In this document: positions 1-9,817 of the stretch, in pieces
Layout of the letters: every line of letters starts with the position of its first letter
How positions within the stretch are numbered: the stretch's first letter is position 1
Source: Oscillospiraceae bacterium
GTDB lineage: Bacteria > Bacillota > Clostridia > Oscillospirales > Ruminococcaceae
NCBI GenBank assembly: GCA_003512525.1
Contig: DOQG01000071.1
Coordinates: 1,587-65,586 of the forward strand
Reading direction: 5' to 3'
Length of the DNA stretch: 64,000 nucleotides
Program-made: the position numbers and the translations under genes
Notes under the pieces: model-generated
Told to the model about the DNA's origin: nothing
Database searches by the model: none
The model's input: only the letters and a program-made list of their open reading frames with translations

Positions 1-69
1 AATCACAGCCGTAAATCCGCTCTGCAAGCGGGTTTAGCTGAAGCTAGAAAATAATTTTCAAAAAAACGC

Positions 70-99
70 TTGACAAACATTAAACTTCGTGTTATAATA
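70..99 (+). promoter_or_regulatory. sigma-A type promoter for tRNA-fMet (TTGACA 70-75, TATAAT 94-99, 18-nt spacer)
   Basis: Near-consensus -35/-10 hexamers read directly, about 30 nt upstream of the tRNA 5' end. Confidence 0.6.
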
Positions 100-129
100 T
101 ACAAGCACTCAGGAGAGTGAACAGAATAT

Positions 130-204
<75 letters not shown>

Positions 205-210
205 TATAAA

Positions 211-241
211 AGCACTTAGCGTAACGCTAGGTGCTTTTTTA
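211..241 (+). terminator. rho-independent terminator after tRNA-fMet
   Basis: 11-bp stem agcacttagcg/cgctaggtgct, loop taa, followed by a TTTTTT run. Confidence 0.8.
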
Positions 242-445
242 AATGAAGCGCACCTGACGGTGCATGAAAAATGAAGTCGCCTGCGGCTTATGAAAAATGT
301 ATGCCTGACCGCACATTGCGGAAATGCGCTTTGCTTCATACGAGCGACAAGCGAGTGCTTCATATTGGCTTTATGCCAATGCTTCATTTTTCATTGAAAC
401 AATTTGCAGATTTCGTTATCATTTGTTCAGAAAGCTGGTGTCGTT

Positions 446-799
446 ATGCGTAACGATAAATTATCCGTTCAATCTATGGATTTTGCGGTTTCTGTTATAA
501 ATCTTGTGAGATACCTGAAAGAAAATAAAGAACATATTATATCCAATCAAATCGGAAGAAGCGGAACAAGCATAGGCGCTAACATTCGTGAAGCACAATA
601 CGCCCACGGAAAAGCAGATTTTATTGCTAAATTGCAAATTGCGCTAAAAGAAGCAAATGAAACAGGATATTGGTTAGAACTGCTTTTAAAGACAAACTAT
701 ATAAGTGAAAATCAGTTTAAAGAATTGGATAAAATTTGCACTAGTTTGCGTGCAATGCTTGTGGCTTCTATAAACACCGCCAAAGGAAATGTCAGATGA
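446..799 (+). CDS. four-helix-bundle protein (23S rRNA intervening-sequence protein / Avd-like family)
   Basis: Motifs SIGANIREAQ..GKADFIAKLQIALKEANETGYWLELL are typical of TIGR02436. Start moved to the in-frame ATG at 446. Confidence 0.6.
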   Translation: MRNDKLSVQSMDFAVSVINLVRYLKENKEHIISNQIGRSGTSIGANIREAQYAHGKADFIAKLQIALKEANETGYWLELLLKTNYISENQFKELDKICTSLRAMLVASINTAKGNVR

Positions 800-1186
800 A
801 TTTTTACGAAATTACAAGAAAGATAAAGAAATTATAAAACAGACTTTTCTATAACCTGACTGCACTAATCTACTGTGCTGTTTTTTGCTTTTATTTACTC
901 CAAATATGGATATCGTTTCATGCTTTGCAAACAAAGTGTGAAACGATTTTTTGTGTAAGTTTTCCAAAATTCAGTTAAGTATCGTCTTTTTATTGTGGTC
1001 TTACACCCGATTGTAATATATAAAAGTGTTAAATGTTGCAAAAATCTCTATTTCAGTGTAAACTTTTGTCGACGGAAAAGGATAGCGTACTGCCGTGTCG
1101 GTTGACACAGAGCCGAATTTGTGCTATGTAGTTTTGTTCTTATTTCTGTTTTTCCCAATATACTTAACCAAAAGGATAAAAGGAGA

Positions 1187-1783
1187 ATGAGAATGGAACA
1201 TAACGGTCGGCTGAAAGTCAAGTTTGATTTCAGCTTCTTTGCGGTAGTGGCGTTTATGATATTTGTCGATACGAGCGGGGCGGCGGTGCTGTCGCTGATC
1301 GCATGTATATTGCACGAGGGCGGTCACCTGCTTGCTATGGCTGTATGCGGCGCGTACCCTGAGCGTATAACATTTTACGGCGGCGGGATAGCGCTGACAA
1401 GGACGGGAATGGACTGCCTGCCCGATGGTAAACGTATCTTGATATTGTCGGCGGGGTGCGCGGTGAACCTGATAGTCGCGTCGACTTATCTTTTTATGCC
1501 GGATAACGGCACGGCGGCGGCCTTTTGTGCGGTGAACCTTATAATCTGCCTGTTCAATGCTCTGCCGATAGGGTACTTTGACGGAGCGGGGATACTTGAA
1601 ATACTGCTGTCAAAATTTATGTCGCTCAGAGCCGCCGAAACCGTAAAAAGGGTTATCGGTATAACGTTTTCAGTCGTGATTATCGCCGGCGTGATTATGT
1701 ATTGCGTCAGTTGCAATAAAAGCGTTTCATTGTCGCTTATTTTCGTGGTATTTTATCTCATACTCGCACAGTTCATCGGATAG
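1187..1783 (+). CDS. site-2 protease family (M50) membrane metalloprotease
   Basis: HEGGHLLAM HExxH motif inside a TM helix plus NALPIGYFDGAGI (LDG motif); multi-pass membrane protein. RBS AAAAGGAG precedes the ATG at 1187. Confidence 0.65.
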   Translation: MRMEHNGRLKVKFDFSFFAVVAFMIFVDTSGAAVLSLIACILHEGGHLLAMAVCGAYPERITFYGGGIALTRTGMDCLPDGKRILILSAGCAVNLIVASTYLFMPDNGTAAAFCAVNLIICLFNALPIGYFDGAGILEILLSKFMSLRAAETVKRVIGITFSVVIIAGVIMYCVSCNKSVSLSLIFVVFYLILAQFIG

Positions 1784-1858
1784 GGCTTGCAATAAGCGGA
1801 TTTATGTAGTAAAATATACTCTATAACTATAAATTTCGGAACGGAACGGAAGTTAAAA

Positions 1859-3709
1859 ATGCTGAAGGAAAAATTAGACAAAATTTTATTGAAGGTGCAG
1901 AAGCCGTCACGATATATCGGCGGTGAAGTCAATGCGGTCGTTAAGGACAAAAGCAAGGTAGATATACGTTTTGCTTTCTGCTTTCCCGACACTTATGATA
2001 TAGGAATGTCACATCTCGGCATAAAGATACTGTATTCGCTCAAGAACAGTGTGCCCAATTACTGGTGCGAGCGTGTATTTATGCCGCTTCCCGATATGGA
2101 AGAGCAGATGAGGAAGAATGATATCCCGCTGTACGGTCTGGAAAGCCTTGACCCTATCAAGGACTTTGAGTTCATCGGCTTTACGCTCCAGTATGAGCTT
2201 TGCTATACAAATATCCTGTCGATGCTTGACCTTGCGGGTGTGCCTGTATACTCAAAGGACAGAAAGGATCTTTTTCCGATAGTAATGGGCGGCGGTCCTT
2301 GCGTATGTAACGCAGAGCCGATAGCGGATTTCTTTGATTTGTTCGTGCTCGGAGAGGGAGAAGAGGTAAATCTCAAAATGATGCAGCTTGCCGAGAAGTT
2401 CAAGAAGAACGGCGGCACAAAGCAGGAGTATCTTGAGCAGGCGGCTCAGATAGAGGGAATCTATGTTCCTTCGCTCTATGATATAAGTTATAACGAGGAC
2501 GGAACAGTAAAGGCGATAACGCCCAAGAACGGCGCTCCCGCTAAGGTAAAGAAGCAGATAATAGACGATTTTGACAAGGTCTATACTCCCGACAGCTTTG
2601 TTGTACCTTATACTCAGATAGTACACGACAGGTCGGTGGTCGAGGTGCTGAGAGGCTGTATCAGAGGTTGTCGCTTCTGTCAGGCGGGATTTATCTACCG
2701 TCCGTTCAGAGAAAAGTCCAAGGAAACCATCGTAAATCAGGTAAAAAGCCTTACCGAAACGACAGGCTATGACGAGGTGTCGCTTTCATCGTTGTCTACC
2801 AGTGACTACAGCGATATTGAGGGACTGCTGAACGATATAACCGAATATACGGATAAGAAGGGCGTTAATCTGTCGCTCCCGTCACTTCGTATTGACAAAT
2901 TCAGCGACGAGGTCGTAAAGAAGATAAAGAGCGTCAGAAGAAGCGGACTTACATTTGCGCCCGAGGCAGGTTCGCAGCGACTGCGTGACGTTATAAACAA
3001 GAATATCACCGAAGAAGCGATATTCAAGAGCTGCAAGATTGCCTTTGAGGGCGGATACAGCTCGGTAAAGCTGTACTTTATGCTCGGACTTCCGACAGAA
3101 ACGCTTGACGACATAAAGGCGATAAAGGAGCTTGCGGACAAGATAATCGACCTTTATTATAATACGGAGGGCAGAAGCAAGAAGGCGATAAGCATTTCAA
3201 TATCGCTGTCAACATTTATACCAAAGCCGTTTACTCCGTTTGAATACGAACCGCAGGCGACAGAGGAACAGATAAACGAAAGGCAGAAATATCTGCTTGA
3301 TATAATCGGCTCAAAGGGCAGAAGACGTATCGATGTCAGCTGGAGCCACTACGACACGACTATACTTGAAGCGGTGCTCGCAAGAGGTGACAGAAAGCTG
3401 TCCGCCGTTATCTATGAGGCGTGGAAGAACGGCTGTAAGCTAGACGGTTGGAATGAATACTTCAAGCCCGAAATATGGGACGCGGCATTTGAAAAATTCG
3501 GCATAGACAAGGCATTTTATGCTAACCGTAAGCGTGAATACGATGAGATCGCTCCGTGGGAGCATATGGATATGCTGTTTGACCGCAGCTTCCTTGTCAG
3601 GGAGAATATCAAGGCGCACGAGGAAAAGACCACCGCAAACTGCCGTGAAAAGTGTGCAGGCTGCGGCATCAACAAATGCTTAGGAAGGGCTTGCTTTAAA
3701 TATGAATGA
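1859..3709 (+). CDS. TIGR03960-family B12-binding-domain radical SAM protein
   Basis: 616 aa. The N-terminal B12-like domain and a CxxxCxxC-type cluster (CIRGCRFCQAG) match the conserved Firmicutes rSAM of unknown function, and it is followed by its usual partner. Confidence 0.7.
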   Translation: MLKEKLDKILLKVQKPSRYIGGEVNAVVKDKSKVDIRFAFCFPDTYDIGMSHLGIKILYSLKNSVPNYWCERVFMPLPDMEEQMRKNDIPLYGLESLDPIKDFEFIGFTLQYELCYTNILSMLDLAGVPVYSKDRKDLFPIVMGGGPCVCNAEPIADFFDLFVLGEGEEVNLKMMQLAEKFKKNGGTKQEYLEQAAQIEGIYVPSLYDISYNEDGTVKAITPKNGAPAKVKKQIIDDFDKVYTPDSFVVPYTQIVHDRSVVEVLRGCIRGCRFCQAGFIYRPFREKSKETIVNQVKSLTETTGYDEVSLSSLSTSDYSDIEGLLNDITEYTDKKGVNLSLPSLRIDKFSDEVVKKIKSVRRSGLTFAPEAGSQRLRDVINKNITEEAIFKSCKIAFEGGYSSVKLYFMLGLPTETLDDIKAIKELADKIIDLYYNTEGRSKKAISISISLSTFIPKPFTPFEYEPQATEEQINERQKYLLDIIGSKGRRRIDVSWSHYDTTILEAVLARGDRKLSAVIYEAWKNGCKLDGWNEYFKPEIWDAAFEKFGIDKAFYANRKREYDEIAPWEHMDMLFDRSFLVRENIKAHEEKTTANCREKCAGCGINKCLGRACFKYE

Positions 3710-4340
3710 GAATAATATCGCTGTCCGTCTGTTCTTTTCAAAGACGGGCAGAGCAAAATATATATCTGCACTAGACCTTATCACCTGCTTTCAGCGTGCG
3801 ATAAGACGTACCGATATCCCGATATGGCACACGCAGGGCTTCAATCCGCACACTTACGTCAATGTCAATCTGCCGCTTTCGCTCGGAAGCGAGGGCGTGA
3901 ATGAGTCGATGGATATCAAGCTTACCGAGCAGATAGATTTTGATACGGTGCGTGACAAGCTCAATGCGGTTTTACCGCCGGATATCAGAATAATCAGGGC
4001 GGCATTGCCGGTAAAAAAGCACACCGAGATAGAAAAGTCGGTGTATTCGGTAAATATCGTATGTGATTACGATAAACTTGAAGAGTTTATGAAGCTGCCG
4101 TCTGTCGAAGTTGAGAAGAAGACCAAAAAGGGCATAACCACGCTTGATATCAAGCCGTTCACAGAGATAAAGAATTACGAACGCGGGCATTTTACTCTTA
4201 TAATGCCGTCCGGTTGTGACTTTACGCTTAATCCGTCGCTTTTCTTTGACGCATTTGAGAAATTCAGCGGCGAGGAAACCGAAAGACTTGATATAGTACG
4301 AACCGGAATACTCTGTAAAGACGGCACACAGTTTGAATAA
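3702..4340 (+). CDS. TIGR03936-family radical SAM-associated protein (DUF2344)
   Basis: 212 aa, overlaps the upstream rSAM gene by 8 nt. This is the conserved partner of TIGR03960 rSAM proteins. Confidence 0.6.
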   Translation: MNENNIAVRLFFSKTGRAKYISALDLITCFQRAIRRTDIPIWHTQGFNPHTYVNVNLPLSLGSEGVNESMDIKLTEQIDFDTVRDKLNAVLPPDIRIIRAALPVKKHTEIEKSVYSVNIVCDYDKLEEFMKLPSVEVEKKTKKGITTLDIKPFTEIKNYERGHFTLIMPSGCDFTLNPSLFFDAFEKFSGEETERLDIVRTGILCKDGTQFE

Positions 4341-4406
4341 ATTTACAATTATAAGCACCTTTGTGCGAAATAAGGCGTAGTTACCGAAAAAATTAACAAA
4401 AAACTA

Positions 4407-4435
4407 TTGCAAATTTCGTATAAAGGTGCTATAAT
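4407..4435 (+). promoter_or_regulatory. promoter of rplS (TTGCAA 4407-4412, 17-nt spacer, extended -10 TGcTATAAT 4427-4435)
   Basis: Consensus spacing read directly from the sequence. Confidence 0.55.
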
Positions 4436-4436
4436 A

Positions 4437-4640
4437 TTAAAGCATTTGAAATCCGCTGATGGGATAATTATGCCTTTTGGTATATACTGTCAGCGTGTTT
4501 AATGCCGTTAGTGCGAAAAGCACAAAGACATTAAAACGGGTAGTCCGCTGTATTTAACGGCAAAAGTTGCCGTTATCCGTAGGCAGAAAATGCGCGGAGG
4601 ATAAGCCGATACAAGAATATCCGAAAACCAGGAGGAAAAA
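4437..4640 (+). ncRNA. about 200-nt structured 5' leader of rplS (putative L19 autoregulatory leader)
   Basis: Long untranslated leader between a consensus promoter and the rplS RBS, containing several hairpins (for example aacggcaaaagttgccgtt). L19 leaders are known in Firmicutes. Identified by position only. Confidence 0.35.
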
Positions 4641-4982
4641 ATGGACGCATTAAAACTCATTGCACAGGACAGCCTTAAGGCTGACGCACCTAAGTTCAAT
4701 GTAGGTGACACAGTTAAGGTACACGTACGCATCGCCGAAGGCGACAAGTTCCGTATCCAGGTATTCGAGGGTACAGTAATTGCCAAGAAGCACGGCGGCG
4801 TAAGCGAAACTTTCACGGTAAGAAGAGTAGCTCACGGCTGCGGTATCGAGAGAGTATTCCCTCTGCACTCACCCACAGTAGAAAAGGTTGAAGTTGTAAG
4901 AGAAGGTAAGGTTCGCAGAGCTAAGCTTTACTACCTTCGCGACAGAGTCGGTAAGGCAGCTAAGGTTAAGTCAAAGATCTAA
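4641..4982 (+). CDS. rplS: 50S ribosomal protein L19
   Basis: Full-length match to L19 (..[33 protein letters not shown]..); RBS AGGAGG upstream. Confidence 0.95.
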   Translation: MDALKLIAQDSLKADAPKFNVGDTVKVHVRIAEGDKFRIQVFEGTVIAKKHGGVSETFTVRRVAHGCGIERVFPLHSPTVEKVEVVREGKVRRAKLYYLRDRVGKAAKVKSKI

Positions 4983-5070
4983 GACCTTACATCATTTCCT
5001 CATCGAATTTTCAAGGCAGTGGCGATATGCCACTGCATAAATTCGATATTTTGTTTTGAAGGGACGCACT

Positions 5071-5670
5071 ATGGAAGAAAAGATCACAACGGAAAATGAA
5101 AATAACGGCACTGCTGATAAGAAAAATTTTTTCGCCGATATGTTCGACTGGATGTGCAGTATTTTTTCAGCCATATTGTGCTTTATTGTAATATTCACAC
5201 TGTTTGCCCGTGTTATTACGGTCGACGGCGAATCGATGGTTCCGACACTTCAAAATCAACAAAGACTTATTGTGTCGGATATGTTCTATACTCCGCAGTA
5301 CGGAGATATCGTCATACTTTATGCGGATAAGCTGGCAAATGAAGCAACGCGGAGCTACGGAAAGCCGATAGTCAAGAGAGTTATCGGTCTGCCGGGAGAT
5401 AAGATCAAAATAGATTTTGTTAACGGCATTGTATACAGAAACGGTGAAGCGCTGACAGAGGAGTACACAAATACTCCGACCAATCTTCCCGAAAACTTCC
5501 CCATAAACGGTGAAATCACGGTTGAAGAGGGAAAGGTATTCGTACTGGGCGATAACAGAAATAACTCAAAGGACAGCAGAAGCAATGATGTTGGACAGGT
5601 CGATATGCGTTATATAATGGGTAAGGCGTATTTAAGGATCTGGCCTTTGAACGCATTGGGAACGGTATAA
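5071..5670 (+). CDS. lepB: signal peptidase I
   Basis: N-terminal TM anchor, catalytic Ser box GESMVPT, KRVIGLPGD and GDNRNNSKDSR boxes. Confidence 0.9.
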   Translation: MEEKITTENENNGTADKKNFFADMFDWMCSIFSAILCFIVIFTLFARVITVDGESMVPTLQNQQRLIVSDMFYTPQYGDIVILYADKLANEATRSYGKPIVKRVIGLPGDKIKIDFVNGIVYRNGEALTEEYTNTPTNLPENFPINGEITVEEGKVFVLGDNRNNSKDSRSNDVGQVDMRYIMGKAYLRIWPLNALGTV

Positions 5671-5681
5671 ACGGAGGGGCG

Positions 5682-6530
5682 ATGGCACAGGTATCCAATA
5701 TACAGTGGTTTCCGGGTCATATGACCAAAACCAAGCGACAGATAGAAGCAAGCTTAAAGCTTGTTGACGCTGTTGCCGAAATAGTAGACGCAAGAATACC
5801 CGAATCCAGCAGAAACCCCGTTATCAGCGATATAACAGGTTCTAAACCGAGGATTATCCTGCTTAACAAATGCGATTATGCCGATGAAAAGGTTACTGCC
5901 GAGTGGCAGAAATATTACACGGCTCAGGGCTATAAGGCTATGATATGCGACTGCAGGAGCGGAAAGGGTGTAAAAGCGTTTACGCCAAACGTCAAAAATC
6001 TGCTCTCCGACCTTCTTGCCAAACGCAAGGCGAAAGGCATTGTGGGTCAGTCGCTGAGAGTTATGGTAGTAGGAATACCGAATGTCGGTAAATCTTCTTT
6101 TATAAACAGAATTTCAAAGGCGGGCAAAACCAAGGTCGAGGACAGACCCGGTGTTACAAGAGGTGCACAGTGGGTATCTCTTGACAAGGAGCTTGAACTG
6201 CTCGATACTCCGGGAATACTCTGGCCGAAGTTTGATGACCAGCAGGTGGCGATAAAGCTCGGTTATACGGGTGCCATCAAGGACGATGTAATGGATGTCT
6301 GTGAGCTTGCGGACAGTCTGCTAGGTTTTTTGTGGGAAAACTACAAGGGAAACGTTATCGCACGTTACAAACTTGACGAGAACACAGAGCGCCCCGACAT
6401 TGAAATGATAGCAAGAAAACGTGGAATGCTTATTTCGGGCGGCGAGCCTGATATAGAAAGAGCGGCGGCGGCTGTACTCGATGAATTCAGGAGTGGTAAA
6501 CTTGGCAGGATCTCTCTCGAAAGACCTTGA
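5682..6530 (+). CDS. rbgA: ribosome biogenesis GTPase A (YlqF/RbgA)
   Basis: Circularly permuted GTPase: NKCD.. then GIPNVGKSS G1 motif and the DTPG motif; conserved position after lepB. Confidence 0.9.
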   Translation: MAQVSNIQWFPGHMTKTKRQIEASLKLVDAVAEIVDARIPESSRNPVISDITGSKPRIILLNKCDYADEKVTAEWQKYYTAQGYKAMICDCRSGKGVKAFTPNVKNLLSDLLAKRKAKGIVGQSLRVMVVGIPNVGKSSFINRISKAGKTKVEDRPGVTRGAQWVSLDKELELLDTPGILWPKFDDQQVAIKLGYTGAIKDDVMDVCELADSLLGFLWENYKGNVIARYKLDENTERPDIEMIARKRGMLISGGEPDIERAAAAVLDEFRSGKLGRISLERP

Positions 6531-7152
6531 GGAAAAGAAGGATCTGTTCCTTTATGATAAAGAAGCGAGAAATGAATACGGCGTTATCTGCGGTATTGAC
6601 GAAGCGGGCAGAGGACCGCTTGCCGGTGATGTTTATGCGGCGGCAGTGATACTCCCCGATGATATCGTGATTGAAGGAATAAATGACAGCAAGAAGCTAA
6701 CTGAGAAGAAGCGCGAGGCGCTGTTTGATGTGATCTGCGATAAAGCCGTAAGCTACTGTATCGCAACCGCATCTGTCGAAGAGATCGACAGTATAAATAT
6801 ACTTAATGCCGCTATGCTCGCTATGAAAAGAGCATACGAGGGACTTTCGGTAAAGCCTGATACAGCGCTTATTGACGGCAATAAGACACCGGGGCTTGAT
6901 ATTCCGGAAAAGGCGATCGTCAAGGGAGATGCGACAAGTGCATCAATAGCGGCGGCATCAATACTTGCAAAGGTAGCGCGTGACCGCTATATGAAAGAGC
7001 TTGCAGAAAAATATCCGCAGTATATGTTCCAAAAGCATAAAGGCTACGGTACAAAGCTCCACTATGAAATGCTTGACAAATACGGGGCAAGTGATATCCA
7101 CCGTAAGAGCTTTCTGGTGAAATATTTCAAGGCAAAAAATGCAGGCGAATAA
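6481..7152 (+). CDS. rnhB: ribonuclease HII (start uncertain, possibly TTG 6502)
   Basis: GIDEAGRGPLAGDVYAAAVIL catalytic motif. The ORF overlaps the end of rbgA by 50 nt, so the true start may lie further downstream. Confidence 0.85.
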   Translation: MNSGVVNLAGSLSKDLEEKKDLFLYDKEARNEYGVICGIDEAGRGPLAGDVYAAAVILPDDIVIEGINDSKKLTEKKREALFDVICDKAVSYCIATASVEEIDSINILNAAMLAMKRAYEGLSVKPDTALIDGNKTPGLDIPEKAIVKGDATSASIAAASILAKVARDRYMKELAEKYPQYMFQKHKGYGTKLHYEMLDKYGASDIHRKSFLVKYFKAKNAGE

Positions 7153-7537
7153 CGAAAAAGCCGTAAAAGGCAGACTGGGTGAGGATTTCACCGCGGACTA
7201 TCTTGAAAAACACGGCTACAGTATAATAGAAAGAAATTACCGCAGACCCTGCGGAGAGATAGATATTATTGCTACGAAAGGCGATATATTGGCTTTTGTT
7301 GAAGTGAAAACACGGAAGTACAGAAGTCTTGTAAGCGGGGCGGAAGCGGTAGGATATAAGAAAAAAGGCAGGATAATCGAAACTGCCGATATATTTCTTG
7401 CCGGATACGGCGAAGAAAAAATTATCCGCTATGATATAGCGGAGGTAACTGTTTCATCCGGTACTGCTGTGCGGGTCATAGATTTTAAGTATTACGAGGA
7501 CGCATTCGACACTACCGGTTACGAAACACAATTTTAA
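7139..7537 (+). CDS. yraN: YraN-family (UPF0102) endonuclease
   Basis: GEDFTADYLEKHGYSIIERNYR..GEIDIIA..FVEVKTRK motifs; conserved rnhB-yraN neighbourhood. Confidence 0.8.
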   Translation: MQANNEKAVKGRLGEDFTADYLEKHGYSIIERNYRRPCGEIDIIATKGDILAFVEVKTRKYRSLVSGAEAVGYKKKGRIIETADIFLAGYGEEKIIRYDIAEVTVSSGTAVRVIDFKYYEDAFDTTGYETQF

Positions 7538-7555
7538 CAAAGAAGGATGTTTGTT

Positions 7556-9049
7556 ATGAATTACAAAAGCACCAGAGATGTCAAGGTAAATGTACCGAGC
7601 GCTTATGCTATCTCACAGGGACTTTCTGCCGATGGCGGACTTTTTGTGCCTGATAGTCTTCCCAAGCTTTCCGAAGAGAAAATAATGTCGCTTTGTGATA
7701 TGTCGTATGCCGAAAGAGCGTATGAGATATTCAAGCTCTTCCTTACAGATTTTACTGATGATGAGATAAAGCACTGCGTAAACGGCGCTTACAACGATAG
7801 GAATTTTGCTACCGACAATATTGCTGAAATTTCTCACCTTATACCCGGTACATACATTCTTGAGCTGTGGCATGGACCTACCTGCGCTTTCAAGGATATG
7901 GCGCTTCAAATTCTTCCTTATCTGCTCACAACTTCCGCAAAGAAGACAATTGACGGAAAGAAGATATCTATCCTCGTTGCTACAAGCGGCGATACAGGCA
8001 AAGCCGCTCTTGAAGGCTTCAAGGACGTTGACGGTACTTCAATAATGGTATTCTACCCTGAGGACGGCGTAAGCAATATGCAGAAGCGTCAGATGACAAC
8101 TCAGGAGGGAAGCAACGTAAACGTTTGTGCTGTTGTCGGCAACTTTGACGACTGCCAGAGCGGCGTTAAGCAGATATTCACTGATAAGGCTGTAATTGCC
8201 GAGCTTGAAAAGGCTAATACGGTATTCTCAAGCGCAAACTCCATCAACTGGGGCAGACTTGCTCCCCAGATAATTTACTACGTTTCTTCTTATGTACAGC
8301 TCGTCAAGGACGGCGAACTGAAATACGGCGAGAAGCTCAACGTTGTAGTTCCTACAGGTAACTTCGGTAACATACTTGCCGCATATTACGCTAAGCAGAT
8401 GGGTATCCCGATAGGCAAGCTGATATGTGCGTCAAACGCCAACAACGTACTTACCGACTTTATAAACACAGGTATCTATGACAGAAACAGAAAGTTCTAC
8501 ACAACTGTTTCTCCCTCTATGGATATCCTTATTTCAAGCAACCTCGAAAGACTGCTGTATCACCTCACAGGTGAAGACGACAAGCTGATTAACGAATGGT
8601 TCACAGCTCTTAAGACAAGCGGCAGATACGAGGTAAATGAAAGCGTAAAGGCTGCTATCAAGGAAAACTTCTATGCAGGCTGCTGCAACGATGAGGAAAC
8701 AAAGGGTGCTATCAAGGAAGTATTCGGCGAATACAGCTACCTTATGGATACTCACACTGCCGTTGCTTACAAGGTATATGAGGATTACAAGAAGAAGACA
8801 GGCGACAACACAAAGACTCTTATCGCTTCTACTGCTAACCCCTACAAGTTCGGCTTTGCTGTATACGATGCGCTGGGCGGCGAAACCGAGGGTGTTGACG
8901 AGTTTGAGCTTATCGGCAAGCTTGAAAAGCTGACTAAGACAACTTGCCCCAAGGCGCTTTCCGATACAAAGAACAAGCCTGTAAGATTTACAGGTTCAAT
9001 AAAGCCCGAAGAAATGTCAAAGGCAGTTCTCGAATTTATAAACAAGTAA
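7556..9049 (+). CDS. thrC: threonine synthase (long form)
   Basis: 497 aa. PLP-binding region FKD(M)ALQ with the Lys, GNFGN and the ATSGDTGKAA motif; RBS GAAGGA before the ATG at 7556. Confidence 0.85.
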   Translation: MNYKSTRDVKVNVPSAYAISQGLSADGGLFVPDSLPKLSEEKIMSLCDMSYAERAYEIFKLFLTDFTDDEIKHCVNGAYNDRNFATDNIAEISHLIPGTYILELWHGPTCAFKDMALQILPYLLTTSAKKTIDGKKISILVATSGDTGKAALEGFKDVDGTSIMVFYPEDGVSNMQKRQMTTQEGSNVNVCAVVGNFDDCQSGVKQIFTDKAVIAELEKANTVFSSANSINWGRLAPQIIYYVSSYVQLVKDGELKYGEKLNVVVPTGNFGNILAAYYAKQMGIPIGKLICASNANNVLTDFINTGIYDRNRKFYTTVSPSMDILISSNLERLLYHLTGEDDKLINEWFTALKTSGRYEVNESVKAAIKENFYAGCCNDEETKGAIKEVFGEYSYLMDTHTAVAYKVYEDYKKKTGDNTKTLIASTANPYKFGFAVYDALGGETEGVDEFELIGKLEKLTKTTCPKALSDTKNKPVRFTGSIKPEEMSKAVLEFINK

Positions 9050-9064
9050 TTAAGGAGCGTTTAT

Positions 9065-9760
9065 TTGAAAGTATACACAATGGGTGATCTTCATCTGCCG
9101 TTCGGCAGACCAAAGCCGATGGATATTTTCGGTGGCTGGGAAAATTACACCGAGCGCATTGAAAAGAACTGGAACAGTATAGTCGGTGAAGATGATTGCG
9201 TTGTTATACCCGGTGATCTTTGCTGGGCTATGTCGCTGGAGGAGGCACTTCCTGATTTTGAGTTTGTAAGTAAAAAACTACACGGCAGGAAGATAATCTC
9301 AAAGGGCAACCACGATTACTGGTGGACTACACTTAACAAAATGAACAGCTTTTTACAGTCAAACGATTTCCACAATATCAGGATAATGCACAACAACGCG
9401 TTCAGCGAATGCGGCATAGCGATATGTGGAACAAGAGGCTGGATAAATGATGACGGAGAGGCGCAGGACGCAAAGGTTCTTGCGCGTGAAGCTGGCAGAC
9501 TGGAGATGTCGCTTCAATCCGCAATATCGACAGGTCTTGAACCTGTTGTGTTTATACATTACCCGCCGATATACGGCAGTGAGCACAATGACTACATTCT
9601 TGATGTAATGTCAAGGTATCCAGTGAAGCGTTGCTTCTATGGTCACGTTCACAGCGCTCCGTGTTTTCCTAAAGCGTTTCAGGGAGTGAAGGACGGAATT
9701 ACCTACAGAATGGTGTCGGCTGACTATGTTAAATTTACACCTGTACTTGTGCAGGAATAA
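9065..9760 (+). CDS. metallophosphoesterase (calcineurin-like phosphoesterase family)
   Basis: GDLHLP, VIPGDL, GNHDYWW and the FYGHVH metal-binding motifs. TTG start with AAGGAG RBS 7 nt upstream. Confidence 0.7.
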   Translation: MKVYTMGDLHLPFGRPKPMDIFGGWENYTERIEKNWNSIVGEDDCVVIPGDLCWAMSLEEALPDFEFVSKKLHGRKIISKGNHDYWWTTLNKMNSFLQSNDFHNIRIMHNNAFSECGIAICGTRGWINDDGEAQDAKVLAREAGRLEMSLQSAISTGLEPVVFIHYPPIYGSEHNDYILDVMSRYPVKRCFYGHVHSAPCFPKAFQGVKDGITYRMVSADYVKFTPVLVQE

Positions 9761-9817
9761 AATACAATAATACGCATCGCCGTATACAAGGCTTTGCAAA
9801 AACGGAGGATTTTTCAA

